Source: a bacterium (GTDB taxonomy: Bacteria > Patescibacteriota > Minisyncoccia > Portnoybacterales > JAKAHB01). From it: a stretch of DNA of 60,871 nt. The stretch lies in assembly GCA_021815315.1 (NCBI GenBank), contig JAKAHB010000001.1, positions 54,580-115,450 of the forward strand, read 5' to 3'. Position numbers and translations under genes: made by a program. The notes beneath the pieces were generated by a model, which was not told where the DNA came from, did not search any database, and worked only from the letters and a program-made list of their open reading frames with translations. Shown piece after piece: positions 16,810 through 25,614 of this stretch. Positions within the stretch are counted from its first letter, which is position 1, and every line of letters begins with the position of its first letter.

Positions 16810-16916
16810 GGGAGGTGGTGTTTGTTTGAAAAAGTCAGAACCCATTTTGCGGAGAACCTTGATTGACCGCCTCCGCTTCGCTCCGGCGGAACGCTCGGGC
16901 GCGGCGGAATTCCTCT

Positions 16917-16993
<77 letters not shown>

Positions 16994-17057
16994 TGAAAAC
17001 AAAACGAGCTTTTTAGCTCGTTTTTCATAATACAATTATTTTTTTAAAAAAGCAATC

Positions 17058-17369
17058 TCAAACCAGCGCGATTACCAGCAAAACAACTCCGATAATAATC
17101 AAAGAAAACAAAAAAGTATGAGCCAAAATTTGCAGGGCTTTTTTGATTTCCCTTTCTAAGATTAAAAAGGCGGGATAGCCAAAAACCAAAAGGCCGGTAA
17201 CGGCGGCGGAGAAAACCAGAAGCAAGAGTAAAACGACCGTGCCCCAAAATTCGGGGGGTTGGGGAGAAATTGTTTTGGCCAATTTGAAAAAGAGGCCGAT
17301 CAAGACACAATAAAGAGCGACGCTTAGAGCCTGGAGAAAGCCGATTAGGGCCGGGTGTCTATTTCTCAT
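17058..17369 (-). CDS. Small 3-TM membrane protein, unknown function
   Basis: 103 aa, three hydrophobic spans, no recognisable motif. Confidence 0.45.
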   Translation of the reverse strand: MRNRHPALIGFLQALSVALYCVLIGLFFKLAKTISPQPPEFWGTVVLLLLLVFSAAVTGLLVFGYPAFLILEREIKKALQILAHTFLFSLIIIGVVLLVIALV

Positions 17370-17409
17370 ATGTTTATTTGTTTAATAATACGCGATAGAA
17401 ATCTACGTA

Positions 17410-17485
17410 GGGGTGGCTAGAGGGAATCGGACCCTCGTCACCGGGACCACAACCCGGCGCTTTGCCACTAAGCTATAGCCACCCC
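17410..17485 (-). tRNA. tRNA-His (anticodon GTG) with encoded G-1
   Basis: Extra 5' G (GGGGTGGC...), anticodon stem CCGGG/CCCGG with loop TTGTGGT. Confidence 0.85.
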
Positions 17486-17513
17486 TCCGCAGACTTCCCC
17501 CATTCTCTTTTTT

Positions 17514-17590
17514 TGGTGCGCCCGGCAGGACTCGAACCTGCAACCTCTTGGTCCGAAGCCAAGCACTCTATCCAATTGAGCTACGGGCGC
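17514..17590 (-). tRNA. tRNA-Arg (anticodon TCG), CCA encoded
   Basis: Acceptor GCGCCCG, anticodon stem CTTGG/CCAAG with loop CTTCGGA. Confidence 0.85.
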
Positions 17591-17626
17591 TATTTTCACG
17601 CTAACACAAAGTAAATTTATCTTAAA

Positions 17627-19153
17627 ATGGAGATTTCGTCAATTGTCAAACCCGTTTTTTTGGGCTATGCTTTGAATATGAAAATTCCCCAGGAAATTAC
17701 TGCTATACTGGAAAAATTGGAAGCTTCGGGACACGAGGCCTGGCTTGTCGGTGGCTGTGTCCGGGACCTGATGCTGGAGCGGAAAATAGAAGATTGGGAC
17801 ATTGCCACCAGCGCCAAGCCGGAAGAAATTATGGCTGTTTTTCCCGATTCAAAATATGAAAATGAATTTGGGACGGTGCTGGTCAAACTAGATGAAGCAG
17901 TCCGGGAAAAAACTGGCATTAAAGTCGTGGAGATTACCACTTTTCGCCAGGAGGCTCGCTATTCCGATAAACGTCATCCCGACCAAGTGGAATTTACCGA
18001 CAAACTGGAAGACGATTTGGCGCGGCGGGATTTTACTATCAACGCCCTAGCGTTGAATCATAAGGCCACAACCAAAAAGTCAAAACTTGGCTATGAGCTG
18101 GTTGACCTGTTTTATGGTCAGCGAGACCTGGATGACAAAATAATCAGGGCGGTGGGCGAACCGGAAAAAAGATTTGGCGAAGACGCCCTGCGGATGATGC
18201 GCGCAGTGCGTTTTGCGGCCCAGCTCGGCTTTGAAATTGAAAGTAAAACCAAAGAAGCGATAAAAAAGAACGCGCCTTGGCTGGAAAAAATTTCCCAAGA
18301 GAGAATTAGGGTGGAATTGGAAAAAATTATTTTAAGTGACAATGCCGAGCAAGGAATTCGCGATTTGCAAGAAATGGGTCTTTTGGGTTTTATTATGCCG
18401 GAGCTGGAAAAAGGAATCGGGGTGGCTCAGAACAGACACCATGTTTACGAAGTTTTTGAACACAACGTGCGCTCTTTGGGTTTTGCCGTCCAAAAAAAGT
18501 TTTCTTTGGCGGTGCGTCTGGCCGCGTTGCTACACGATATTGGCAAAGTGCAAACCAAGCAGGGAAGCGGCCTTGAGGCGACTTTTTACAATCACGAGTA
18601 TGTAAGCGCCAAGCAAGCCGAAAATATTTTGGAACGACTGCGATTTTCTCGGGAGATGACAAAAAAAATTACTCACTTGGTTCGCTACCATATGTTTGTT
18701 TATGACGTGGGAACGGTTTCAGAGGCGGGGGTGCGGCGCTTGATTAAGCGTCTTGGCCCGGAAAATTTGGACGAAGCTTTTAATTTACGCGTGGCCGACC
18801 GGCTGGGTTCGGGTTGCCCCAAAGCGGTACCTTATAAACTGCGGCACCTGCGCTATATGATGGAAAAGGTTGCCAAAGACCCGATTTCAGTTAAAATGCT
18901 AAAAGTAAACGGTCGCGACATTATGCGATCCCTGGGAGTCGCGCCGGGGCCGAAAGTGGGAGCGATTTTGGATGTATTGTTGGCCGAGGTGATTGAAGAT
19001 CCCAAGCGCAACACCAAAGAATATTTAGAAAGGCGAGTTTTAAAACTGGATAAGGAAAACTTGGCCAAGCTGCGAGAAATGGCCAAAGAGGTGATTGAAG
19101 AAAAGAGAGGGGAGGAAGACAAAGAGATAAAACAAAAACATTGGGTGGAGTAG
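17627..19153 (+). CDS. cca: CCA-adding tRNA nucleotidyltransferase with HD domain
   Basis: Carries LVGGCVRDLML, DWDIAT, RRDFTINALA and HDIGK. The likely true start is MKIPQEI at 17678. Confidence 0.85.
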   Translation: MEISSIVKPVFLGYALNMKIPQEITAILEKLEASGHEAWLVGGCVRDLMLERKIEDWDIATSAKPEEIMAVFPDSKYENEFGTVLVKLDEAVREKTGIKVVEITTFRQEARYSDKRHPDQVEFTDKLEDDLARRDFTINALALNHKATTKKSKLGYELVDLFYGQRDLDDKIIRAVGEPEKRFGEDALRMMRAVRFAAQLGFEIESKTKEAIKKNAPWLEKISQERIRVELEKIILSDNAEQGIRDLQEMGLLGFIMPELEKGIGVAQNRHHVYEVFEHNVRSLGFAVQKKFSLAVRLAALLHDIGKVQTKQGSGLEATFYNHEYVSAKQAENILERLRFSREMTKKITHLVRYHMFVYDVGTVSEAGVRRLIKRLGPENLDEAFNLRVADRLGSGCPKAVPYKLRHLRYMMEKVAKDPISVKMLKVNGRDIMRSLGVAPGPKVGAILDVLLAEVIEDPKRNTKEYLERRVLKLDKENLAKLREMAKEVIEEKRGEEDKEIKQKHWVE

Positions 19154-19174
19154 GTGAATTTGGAATTTAGCCAA

Positions 19175-19248
19175 CGGGCCATAGTATACCGGTAGTACGC
19201 ACGCTTCGGGTGCGTGTAGACTGGGTTCGATTCCCAGTGGCCCGACCA
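19175..19248 (+). tRNA. tRNA-Pro (anticodon CGG), CCA encoded
   Basis: Acceptor CGGGCCA/TGGCCCG, anticodon stem CACGC/GCGTG with loop TTCGGGT. Confidence 0.85.
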
Positions 19249-19341
19249 GGGAATCATTATTTGTTTTTAACTTTGACTTTGTTTGGCTGGGCGCATACGA
19301 GTGTTCAGTCTGGCGTAAAATAAAAGCATTTAATAAAATGC

Positions 19342-20457
19342 ATGAACAAGGAAAAACAAGTTGTTGAATCATTGCTTAAAAACACGGGGATTATAATAAA
19401 CGGAAGCAATCCGTGGGATCCGCAAATACACAAAGAAGATTTTTACAGCCGCGTGTTGCGGCAAGGGTCGTTGGGGCTTGGCGAATCATATATGGATGGT
19501 TGGTGGGATTGCGAAAAGCTTGACCAGTTTTTTCACAAGATACTCGCGGCCGATCTTGATAGTCAAATCAAACAAAACTGGAGCCTAGCGTTCAAGTTTG
19601 CCTTAAGTTTTATTCTAAACACAGGGAGAAAGTCCAAAGCCTTTGAAATAGGAAAAAGACATTATGACATTGGCAACGATCTATACTGCGCGATGCTTGA
19701 TAAACGCTTGACCTATACCGGTGGCTACTGGGAAAACGTTGAAAATTTGGATGACGCGCAGGAAGCCAAACTGGATCTGGTTTGCAGAAAAATCGGACTC
19801 AAACGCGGACAAAAAGTGCTTGATATTGGTTCGGGTTGGGGAAGCTTTACCGGCTATGCCGCCCAAAAGTATGGCGCAAACGCAGTGGGAGTCACCGTGT
19901 CAAAAGAACAGAAGGCACTCGCGGACGTTCTCTACAAAGATCTTCCCGTTGAAACACGACTTTGCGATTATCGCGATATCAACGAAAAATTTGACCACAT
20001 TGTTTCGCTGGGGATGTTTGAACACGTGGGCTACAAAAATTACCGCACTTTTATGAAGGTCGCGCATAAAGCCTTAAAAGACGAGGGGTTATTTTTATTG
20101 CACACGATAGGCGGTAACCAATCGGTAAGAAAGACGGATCCTTGGATTGAAAAATATATTTTCCCCAATTCCATGGTCCCCTCAATCAAGCAAATCAGCC
20201 AGTCAATAGAAGGATTGTTTGTGATAGAGGACGTGCATAGTTTTGGGGTCAATTACGACAAAACCCTTATGGCTTGGCACGCTAATTTTGAAAATAACTG
20301 GGAGAAGATAAAAGCAAACTACGATGAAAGATTTTATAGAATGTGGCGGTACTATCTCCTGGCTTGCGCCGGATCGTTTCGGGCCAGGAAAAATCAATTA
20401 TGGCAGATTGTTCTATCCAAAAAGGGAGTTTTTGGCGGGTATAAATCGATAAGATAA
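19342..20457 (+). CDS. cfa: Cyclopropane-fatty-acyl-phospholipid synthase
   Basis: Carries GESYMDGWWDCEKLDQFF, SAM motif VLDIGSGWGSF and YYLLACAGSFRAR. Confidence 0.85.
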   Translation: MNKEKQVVESLLKNTGIIINGSNPWDPQIHKEDFYSRVLRQGSLGLGESYMDGWWDCEKLDQFFHKILAADLDSQIKQNWSLAFKFALSFILNTGRKSKAFEIGKRHYDIGNDLYCAMLDKRLTYTGGYWENVENLDDAQEAKLDLVCRKIGLKRGQKVLDIGSGWGSFTGYAAQKYGANAVGVTVSKEQKALADVLYKDLPVETRLCDYRDINEKFDHIVSLGMFEHVGYKNYRTFMKVAHKALKDEGLFLLHTIGGNQSVRKTDPWIEKYIFPNSMVPSIKQISQSIEGLFVIEDVHSFGVNYDKTLMAWHANFENNWEKIKANYDERFYRMWRYYLLACAGSFRARKNQLWQIVLSKKGVFGGYKSIR

Positions 20458-20547
20458 TGAATACGTCAAGAAGGCTACTGGGGCGTTTTATGGTATAATA
20501 AACAAAAGGTCGAATAGTTTTTTGTTAATTAAACAAAAAATAAAAAT

Positions 20548-20760
20548 ATGAAATTTAGCGCTATAGATTGGATCGCCATTGTGCTTGTCATCATTGGCGG
20601 GCTTAACTGGGGCCTGATTGGTCTGTTTAAGTTTGATCTGGTGGCCGCTATTTTTGGAAATATGTCGGGCTTGTCTCGCTTTGTCTATGACCTGGTCGGG
20701 CTGGCCGCTCTTTGGATGCTCTATGTTGCCTTCGGAAAAATGGGTAGGAACGAAGGCTGA
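20548..20760 (+). CDS. DUF378 small membrane protein
   Basis: IDWIAIVLVIIGGLNWGLIGLFKFDLVAAIFG is the DUF378 pattern. Confidence 0.7.
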   Translation: MKFSAIDWIAIVLVIIGGLNWGLIGLFKFDLVAAIFGNMSGLSRFVYDLVGLAALWMLYVAFGKMGRNEG

Positions 20761-20890
20761 TTTTAATAGTCCTAACTAAAAGAGTAAATTTGTTTGCTCT
20801 TTTAGTTTGTTCAAAATTTCCGCAGGTTGCTTGACCTGTTTTTTTGTTGGGAATAAAATGGAAGTAGAAATAATTATCAAATATATTTTT

Positions 20891-21217
20891 ATGACTCACG
20901 CCAAAAACACGAAGACCGATTCACAAAAAAAAGAAAGCAGCCAAACCTTTTGCCACGATTGCGGCCAGGAAATAAAAATTAACGGTCAAGAAATTACCGA
21001 GGGGAAGCTATTGGTTTATCAAACCGATGGCCAAAAAATAGAGATTTTTAAATGCGACGCTTGTTACAAGAAAAATCCCAGGCTGACCAACTATCGCGAT
21101 TGCGAGGTCTATTCCAGGATTGTCGGCTATCTTCGCCCGGTTCAGCAGTGGAATAAAGGAAAAAAACAGGAATTTTCCGAAAGGAAAGAATTTGTTGTTA
21201 AGAGTTGTGATTGCTAA
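20891..21217 (+). CDS. Stand-alone NrdD C-terminal-like module (Cys4 zinc ribbon plus glycyl-radical loop)
   Basis: CHDCG...CDAC is followed by EVYSRIVGYLRPVQQWNKGKKQEFSERKEF. This matches the R-x-x-G-Y...W-N-x-G-K...E...R tail of class III RNR. I chose the start at MTHAKN; the track starts at 20807. Confidence 0.65.
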   Translation: MTHAKNTKTDSQKKESSQTFCHDCGQEIKINGQEITEGKLLVYQTDGQKIEIFKCDACYKKNPRLTNYRDCEVYSRIVGYLRPVQQWNKGKKQEFSERKEFVVKSCDC

Positions 21218-21233
21218 CTTGTAAAATAAAAAC

Positions 21234-21806
21234 ATGAAAAAGACCTTGCAAAACCTAACCAAAGCGTTTATTGGCGAGTCTCAAGCCAGAAATCGCTACA
21301 CGATGTATGGCAAGGTGGCCAAAAAAGAAGGTTTTGAACAAATTGCTGGTATTTTTGTTGAAACTGCCGATCAAGAAAGAGAGCACGCCGCTCAATTGTT
21401 CAAACTGATTAACGAGTTAAAAACGGATAATCAAGACATTGTTGTCGAGGCATCAGCGCCAACGACTTATGGTGCTACGGCCGATAATCTGAAAGCGGCC
21501 ATTGCCGGGGAACATTACGAAAGCGTCACGATGTATCCGGAATTTGCCACCACGGCGGCGGAAGAAGGCTATCCGGAAATCGCCCAGCGTTTGCGTTCCA
21601 TCGCCAAAGCCGAAGAGCATCACGAGGAACGCTATCAAAAACTCCTGGCGCAAGTTGAAGCCGGCACGGTGTTTAAAAAAGATAAAGAAGTTTGGTGGGT
21701 TTGTCGGGAATGTGGTTACCAGCACTTTGGGGTGGAACCGCCGGAAAAGTGTCCTGCTTGCGACCACGAGCGAGCCTTTTACCAGTTTAAATGCGAAGAA
21801 TACTAA
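21234..21806 (+). CDS. rbr: Rubrerythrin
   Basis: Ferritin-like E-x-x-H repeats (EREHAAQ, EEHHEER) and a C-terminal rubredoxin CRECG...CPAC. Confidence 0.9.
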   Translation: MKKTLQNLTKAFIGESQARNRYTMYGKVAKKEGFEQIAGIFVETADQEREHAAQLFKLINELKTDNQDIVVEASAPTTYGATADNLKAAIAGEHYESVTMYPEFATTAAEEGYPEIAQRLRSIAKAEEHHEERYQKLLAQVEAGTVFKKDKEVWWVCRECGYQHFGVEPPEKCPACDHERAFYQFKCEEY

Positions 21807-21980
21807 GATTGTTACACCCGCTTTGTGACCCGGCCTGTGGATAACATTTGTTGCTTCCGTGAAAATCTGCTATAATTTGAGTACGTCCTCGAGGTAAACT
21901 ATTTTTACCAAACGTAAAACAACCCCTGCTATTTCGCGGGGGATTGTTTTTTTATGACTTTTTGTGTAGTTTTAGTTTGA

Positions 21981-22051
21981 GGGCTTATAGTACAGTGGTA
22001 GTACGCCGCATTCGCATTGCGGAGACGCGAGTTCGATTCTCGCTAAGTCCA
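21981..22051 (+). tRNA. tRNA-Ala (anticodon CGC)
   Basis: Acceptor GGGCTTA/TAAGTCC with the G3-U70 Ala identity pair. Anticodon stem CCGCA/TGCGG with loop TTCGCAT. Confidence 0.85.
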
Positions 22052-22084
22052 CATTCACGGGTAAGCCCACCAAGATTATCGGGA

Positions 22085-22118
22085 CATTGCGGAGACGCGA
22101 GTTCGATTCTCGCTAAGT
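22085..22118 (+). repeat. Duplicated 3' half of tRNA-Ala(CGC)
   Basis: The 34 nt cattgcggagacgcgagttcgattctcgctaagt at 22085-22118 are identical to 22015-22048. The spacer contains TAAGCCCACCA (22062-22072). Confidence 0.9.
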
Positions 22119-22140
22119 TCGCCAATTTATATTTACCCCT

Positions 22141-22575
22141 ATGCCAACCTCCAAAAAAACAGTTGTCGTTTCAGGCGGGTTTGACCCGCTGCATATCGGG
22201 CACATCAGAATGTTCAAACGCGCCAGAGAACTGGGTGACCGGCTGGTGGTGATTTTAAACTCGGACCGGTTTTTGTTAAAGAAAAAAGGCTATGTTTTCA
22301 TGCCTTTTAAGGAAAGACGAGAAATGATTGAGAGCATTCGGTTTGTGGACAAGGTGGCGCCTTGCATAGATAAGGACCAGACCGTTTGCAAGACGCTGGA
22401 GAAATTAAAACCAGATGTTTTTGCCAACGGCGGAGACCGAACCAAAAAAAATATTCCCGAAGACGAAGTTTGCCAGCGCCTGGGCATAGAAATGGTTTTT
22501 GGCGTTGGCGGCGGGAAGGTCCAATCCAGCAGCTGGTTGGTGAACGACGTAAAGAACAAGAAAAATAAAAAGTAA
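22141..22575 (+). CDS. Cytidylyltransferase-like (HIGH-motif) nucleotidyltransferase
   Basis: [35 protein letters not shown] is typical of the TagD/RfaE-II/RibL-like family. Confidence 0.7.
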   Translation: MPTSKKTVVVSGGFDPLHIGHIRMFKRARELGDRLVVILNSDRFLLKKKGYVFMPFKERREMIESIRFVDKVAPCIDKDQTVCKTLEKLKPDVFANGGDRTKKNIPEDEVCQRLGIEMVFGVGGGKVQSSSWLVNDVKNKKNKK

Positions 22576-22597
22576 ACGGCCTTCGGGCTGTTTTTTT

Positions 22598-22993
22598 ATG
22601 ACGACTGATAAAAAAATTTTAGGGGACTTGGGCGAAAAAGTGGCAGCCAAACATCTGGAAAAACTGGGTTTTAAAATTATAGCTTGCAATTGGCGCTGTC
22701 GCTACGGCGAATTGGACATCGTGGCCGTCAAACAAAAGGGATTTTTAAAGCTCAAGATTGAGGAAATTTGTTTTGCGGAGGTCAAAAGCGGTTTTGCCGG
22801 CGGCGGCTGGGCGCCGGAACTGCATCTTGATAAAAATAAAATGCGCCGGATGCACAGAAGCATCCAAAGCTTTTTGAACCAGCAGAAAGGTTTTGATTCC
22901 AGCCAAATTGTTTTAAAAGCGGAGGCTTTCGTGGTATTATTTAACCAAGATTTTAAGCTTCAAACGATAAGAAGCTATCAACTTAATTTTTGA
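22598..22993 (+). CDS. YraN-family (UPF0102) endonuclease-like protein
   Basis: [37 protein letters not shown]...AEVK. Confidence 0.75.
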   Translation: MTTDKKILGDLGEKVAAKHLEKLGFKIIACNWRCRYGELDIVAVKQKGFLKLKIEEICFAEVKSGFAGGGWAPELHLDKNKMRRMHRSIQSFLNQQKGFDSSQIVLKAEAFVVLFNQDFKLQTIRSYQLNF

Positions 22994-25243
22994 GTGCTTA
23001 TGGAGATCCCAAAATCACAAAAACCAAACATAGACTGGAAAGAAATAGAAGCGGCGGAAAGAAAAACCGAAGGGAGAAAAGCCCGGCGACTTGAGGGCGA
23101 GTTGGCAAGAGGGGGCAGTCGCGGCTTATCCTCCGTGTTTGGGGAAAGGAAAGAGGTCCGACTGCGCAAAGAGCTGGAAAGCTTCCAGGCCATGGGAGAA
23201 GACTGGGAAGAAAAAGCGCGAACCAAACAGCAGTGGCTGGAAACAACCCTGGAAAAAATGCCCGGGTTGAAAAATCCGGAGAAAATAAAAAAAGAAGTTC
23301 GTCAGGAAGTGGAAGCCTATCTGGCTAAGGCCCGAAGAGCCCGGCTGGAGGCTCGGGCCCGGGAATTGCGTCTGGCCGGTACGGATACCTACGAAAAGCG
23401 CAAGAGCAACCAGGTCATGGAAAGAAGCTGGAAAAAATTAGTCGCTCCCTTTGAAGAGCTGTTTCAGGTTTACGAACAAGCGCTAAACAATACCCAGGAA
23501 ATATTAAGAGAAGCCGAGTGGGAAGCCGTTGCCGCGAGAGATAGGGCGCTGGAAATGGAAATAACCCTCAACGACTGCGTTGAGATGAGAAAAGAGATGG
23601 GGATTGTCAAAAGACTCTACAGAAGTGTTCTTGGTAAAGACCGGGGCTTGGAATCTTTAATCAAGGAAGCCAGAGGGCAGCTTATAATTTTTGAAAAACA
23701 AGCAAAGCAGTGGGAAAAGAAAGCCGCGCGCTTGAGGGAGGCTTTAATTAAGTTAGAAGACAGAAGAGAGAAAAAAGAGACGGTGCTAGGAAATTACAAA
23801 AGAATATACGAGGACAAAATTAAAAATTTTGGGGCTGATGCCGAACAAGACGTGGCCAGGGAAGCCGAAACCGGCGTTGACGCGTCTTTGGTCGCTGAAA
23901 CAGACGAACCAGAAGTTGATATCCCCACGGGAAGTTTTACCTTGGGCGGTTTGGACGCGAGCGGATCTTTTGAAGAAGAACAATCCGACCGGGAAGAACT
24001 GGCCGTCGGGGCTCCTTTAGAGCCAGAGGGAAGGGAAGAGCCGGCGCGAGGTGGAGCCGCGAGGGAAGCGGAAGCGCCAAAAAAAGTGGAAAACCCGGAG
24101 ACGGTGGGAGACTATTTGCGAGCTTGGAACGATCTTTACGAGCAAGATAATCCGGAATTGATTTTTGATCTGGATGCTTTTTCGCCAAAAGTAAAAAGTG
24201 TTTTGGACAAGAAAGTCAGCGGCGAAAAGATAAAAGAAGTTTTTATCAGTTTGGTTGAAAAAAAGTTTGTGAAGCCGGGGACAATGGCGCCCTGGATTAC
24301 CGAGGCCTTGGAGCGGGCTCTGCCCTCGGCCGTTTTTGGTAAACGTTTGGGCATTGTTTACGAGGCCTTGGAGAAAAAACCGCGGCCGAAGTATTTGGGA
24401 GTCGAGAAAAAGGCAGAGCCAAAACCGGAAGCAGTAGAGTTGGAAAGACCGGAAAGGGTGGAGGCGCATGTTCTAAAAAGCCTGAAAAAATATCTTCTTG
24501 ACTGGAACAAGAAGTACCCCCGCCTGGCTCTTGCTCCGCTGAATTTCCCTCCGGAAGTTTTAACAAATTTGCAAAAAGGGGTTAAGCCCGATGACGCCAA
24601 GAATTTTTTGATCGGTTCATTAAGGATTGTTCTTGTTAATCGTGGACTGGCCAAGCCGGAATTGCTGGAGATTTTGCAAAACCTTTCTCTGGAAGATATT
24701 TTAAATGGCGCGAAAGAGAAAGAAATAGACGACACTTTTATAAGGCCAATAGAAAATGAGGGAACGATAAGCAAAAAAAAGAGGGAGAGCAAGGCAAAAA
24801 TGATTGAGGTGGGGAAAGATAAAGCGGATAATTTAGGCCGCAAGCTCAAAGCTTTTGTTGAATTTCTTGGAAAAAGAAAAGAAGCGGGCTTTAACCCGTA
24901 TGTCAGCGAAGAAGGGATAGCCGGGATGAAAACAAGCAGGGAATTATTTCTTGGGTTGGACGCGAAAATCGGGGCGAGCGATTTTAATAAGAAGTTGGGT
25001 GTTTTTGTGAAAGCCCTGGAGGGGGTAGGAAGAAACCTCGGAGAGTTTGAGCCAGATAACGCAGAGTCTATCCAAGAGGTGCGAGACGTTTTTGAGGATG
25101 TAGAGAAGGCTTTTACGGAAGTTGCGGAGTCTATCCCCCAGGGGCAGAAAACTAAGCTGGTTGCGTCAAGGCTGAACAAGGCGAGCCAGTTAATCGGAAA
25201 GAAAAATGACTTTTTACGCCGGTTACAAGAATTAAAAAAATAA
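22994..25243 (+). CDS. Large Glu/Lys-rich coiled-coil protein with internal repeat, unknown function
   Basis: 749 aa. The track start is a GTG and an ATG lies at 23000. Two related modules are present (VGDYLRAWNDLYEQDNPELIFDLDAFSPKV... and LKKYLLDWNKKYPRLALAPLNFPPEV...). Confidence 0.5.
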   Translation: MLMEIPKSQKPNIDWKEIEAAERKTEGRKARRLEGELARGGSRGLSSVFGERKEVRLRKELESFQAMGEDWEEKARTKQQWLETTLEKMPGLKNPEKIKKEVRQEVEAYLAKARRARLEARARELRLAGTDTYEKRKSNQVMERSWKKLVAPFEELFQVYEQALNNTQEILREAEWEAVAARDRALEMEITLNDCVEMRKEMGIVKRLYRSVLGKDRGLESLIKEARGQLIIFEKQAKQWEKKAARLREALIKLEDRREKKETVLGNYKRIYEDKIKNFGADAEQDVAREAETGVDASLVAETDEPEVDIPTGSFTLGGLDASGSFEEEQSDREELAVGAPLEPEGREEPARGGAAREAEAPKKVENPETVGDYLRAWNDLYEQDNPELIFDLDAFSPKVKSVLDKKVSGEKIKEVFISLVEKKFVKPGTMAPWITEALERALPSAVFGKRLGIVYEALEKKPRPKYLGVEKKAEPKPEAVELERPERVEAHVLKSLKKYLLDWNKKYPRLALAPLNFPPEVLTNLQKGVKPDDAKNFLIGSLRIVLVNRGLAKPELLEILQNLSLEDILNGAKEKEIDDTFIRPIENEGTISKKKRESKAKMIEVGKDKADNLGRKLKAFVEFLGKRKEAGFNPYVSEEGIAGMKTSRELFLGLDAKIGASDFNKKLGVFVKALEGVGRNLGEFEPDNAESIQEVRDVFEDVEKAFTEVAESIPQGQKTKLVASRLNKASQLIGKKNDFLRRLQELKK

Positions 25244-25246
25244 TTT

Positions 25247-25441
25247 ATGCCGAAAGAGACGAGTCAAAACCTAAAAACCAAATTAAAACAGCTATTGGAA
25301 GATAACGAAAAATTTTTGGAACAAAGCGAGCGGAGGTTGGGGAAGTTGCAGCTGGAAGCCGAAAAAATCATGGCCAGGCTGTCTGATGACGAAGAACGGC
25401 TGGACGCTAAAATCGGCCAAGCCGCGGCGGAGCTTGACTAA
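25247..25441 (+). CDS. Small coiled-coil protein
   Basis: 64 aa and charged. It starts 4 nt after the preceding stop. Confidence 0.35.
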   Translation: MPKETSQNLKTKLKQLLEDNEKFLEQSERRLGKLQLEAEKIMARLSDDEERLDAKIGQAAAELD

Positions 25442-25460
25442 AAACAAGGCATTGTTTTGG

Positions 25461-25489
25461 TTGACAGCAGGAAGCCAATCTGCTAAACT
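25461..25489 (+). promoter_or_regulatory. Sigma70-like promoter upstream of nusA
   Basis: TTGACA, 17-nt spacer, TAAACT. Confidence 0.45.
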
Positions 25490-25614
25490 ACCGTTGAATG
25501 ATTTTTTGGTCCGTCTGCAAAACGGGCCGTTATTTTTAATAGGATTACCGATTTACGGATCAGTATGGATTTACAAACCTGTCTATCCGTGACAATCTGC
25601 AAATCCGTAATTAT

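Noticed and set aside
16810-16916. SRP (4.5S) RNA or 6S RNA in the GC-rich spacer after tRNA-Ala(GGC).
   Set aside because: I could not find the conserved domain IV GGAA/AGCA-type motif, and the length is wrong for 6S. It is kept only as a low-confidence structured element.
24358-25179. 273-aa minus-strand ORF antisense to the 749-aa gene; likewise 25840-26454 antisense to nusA.
   Set aside because: They are Ser/Phe/Leu-rich mirror images of Glu/Lys-rich sense codons. The sense frames are long, and nusA is unambiguous.
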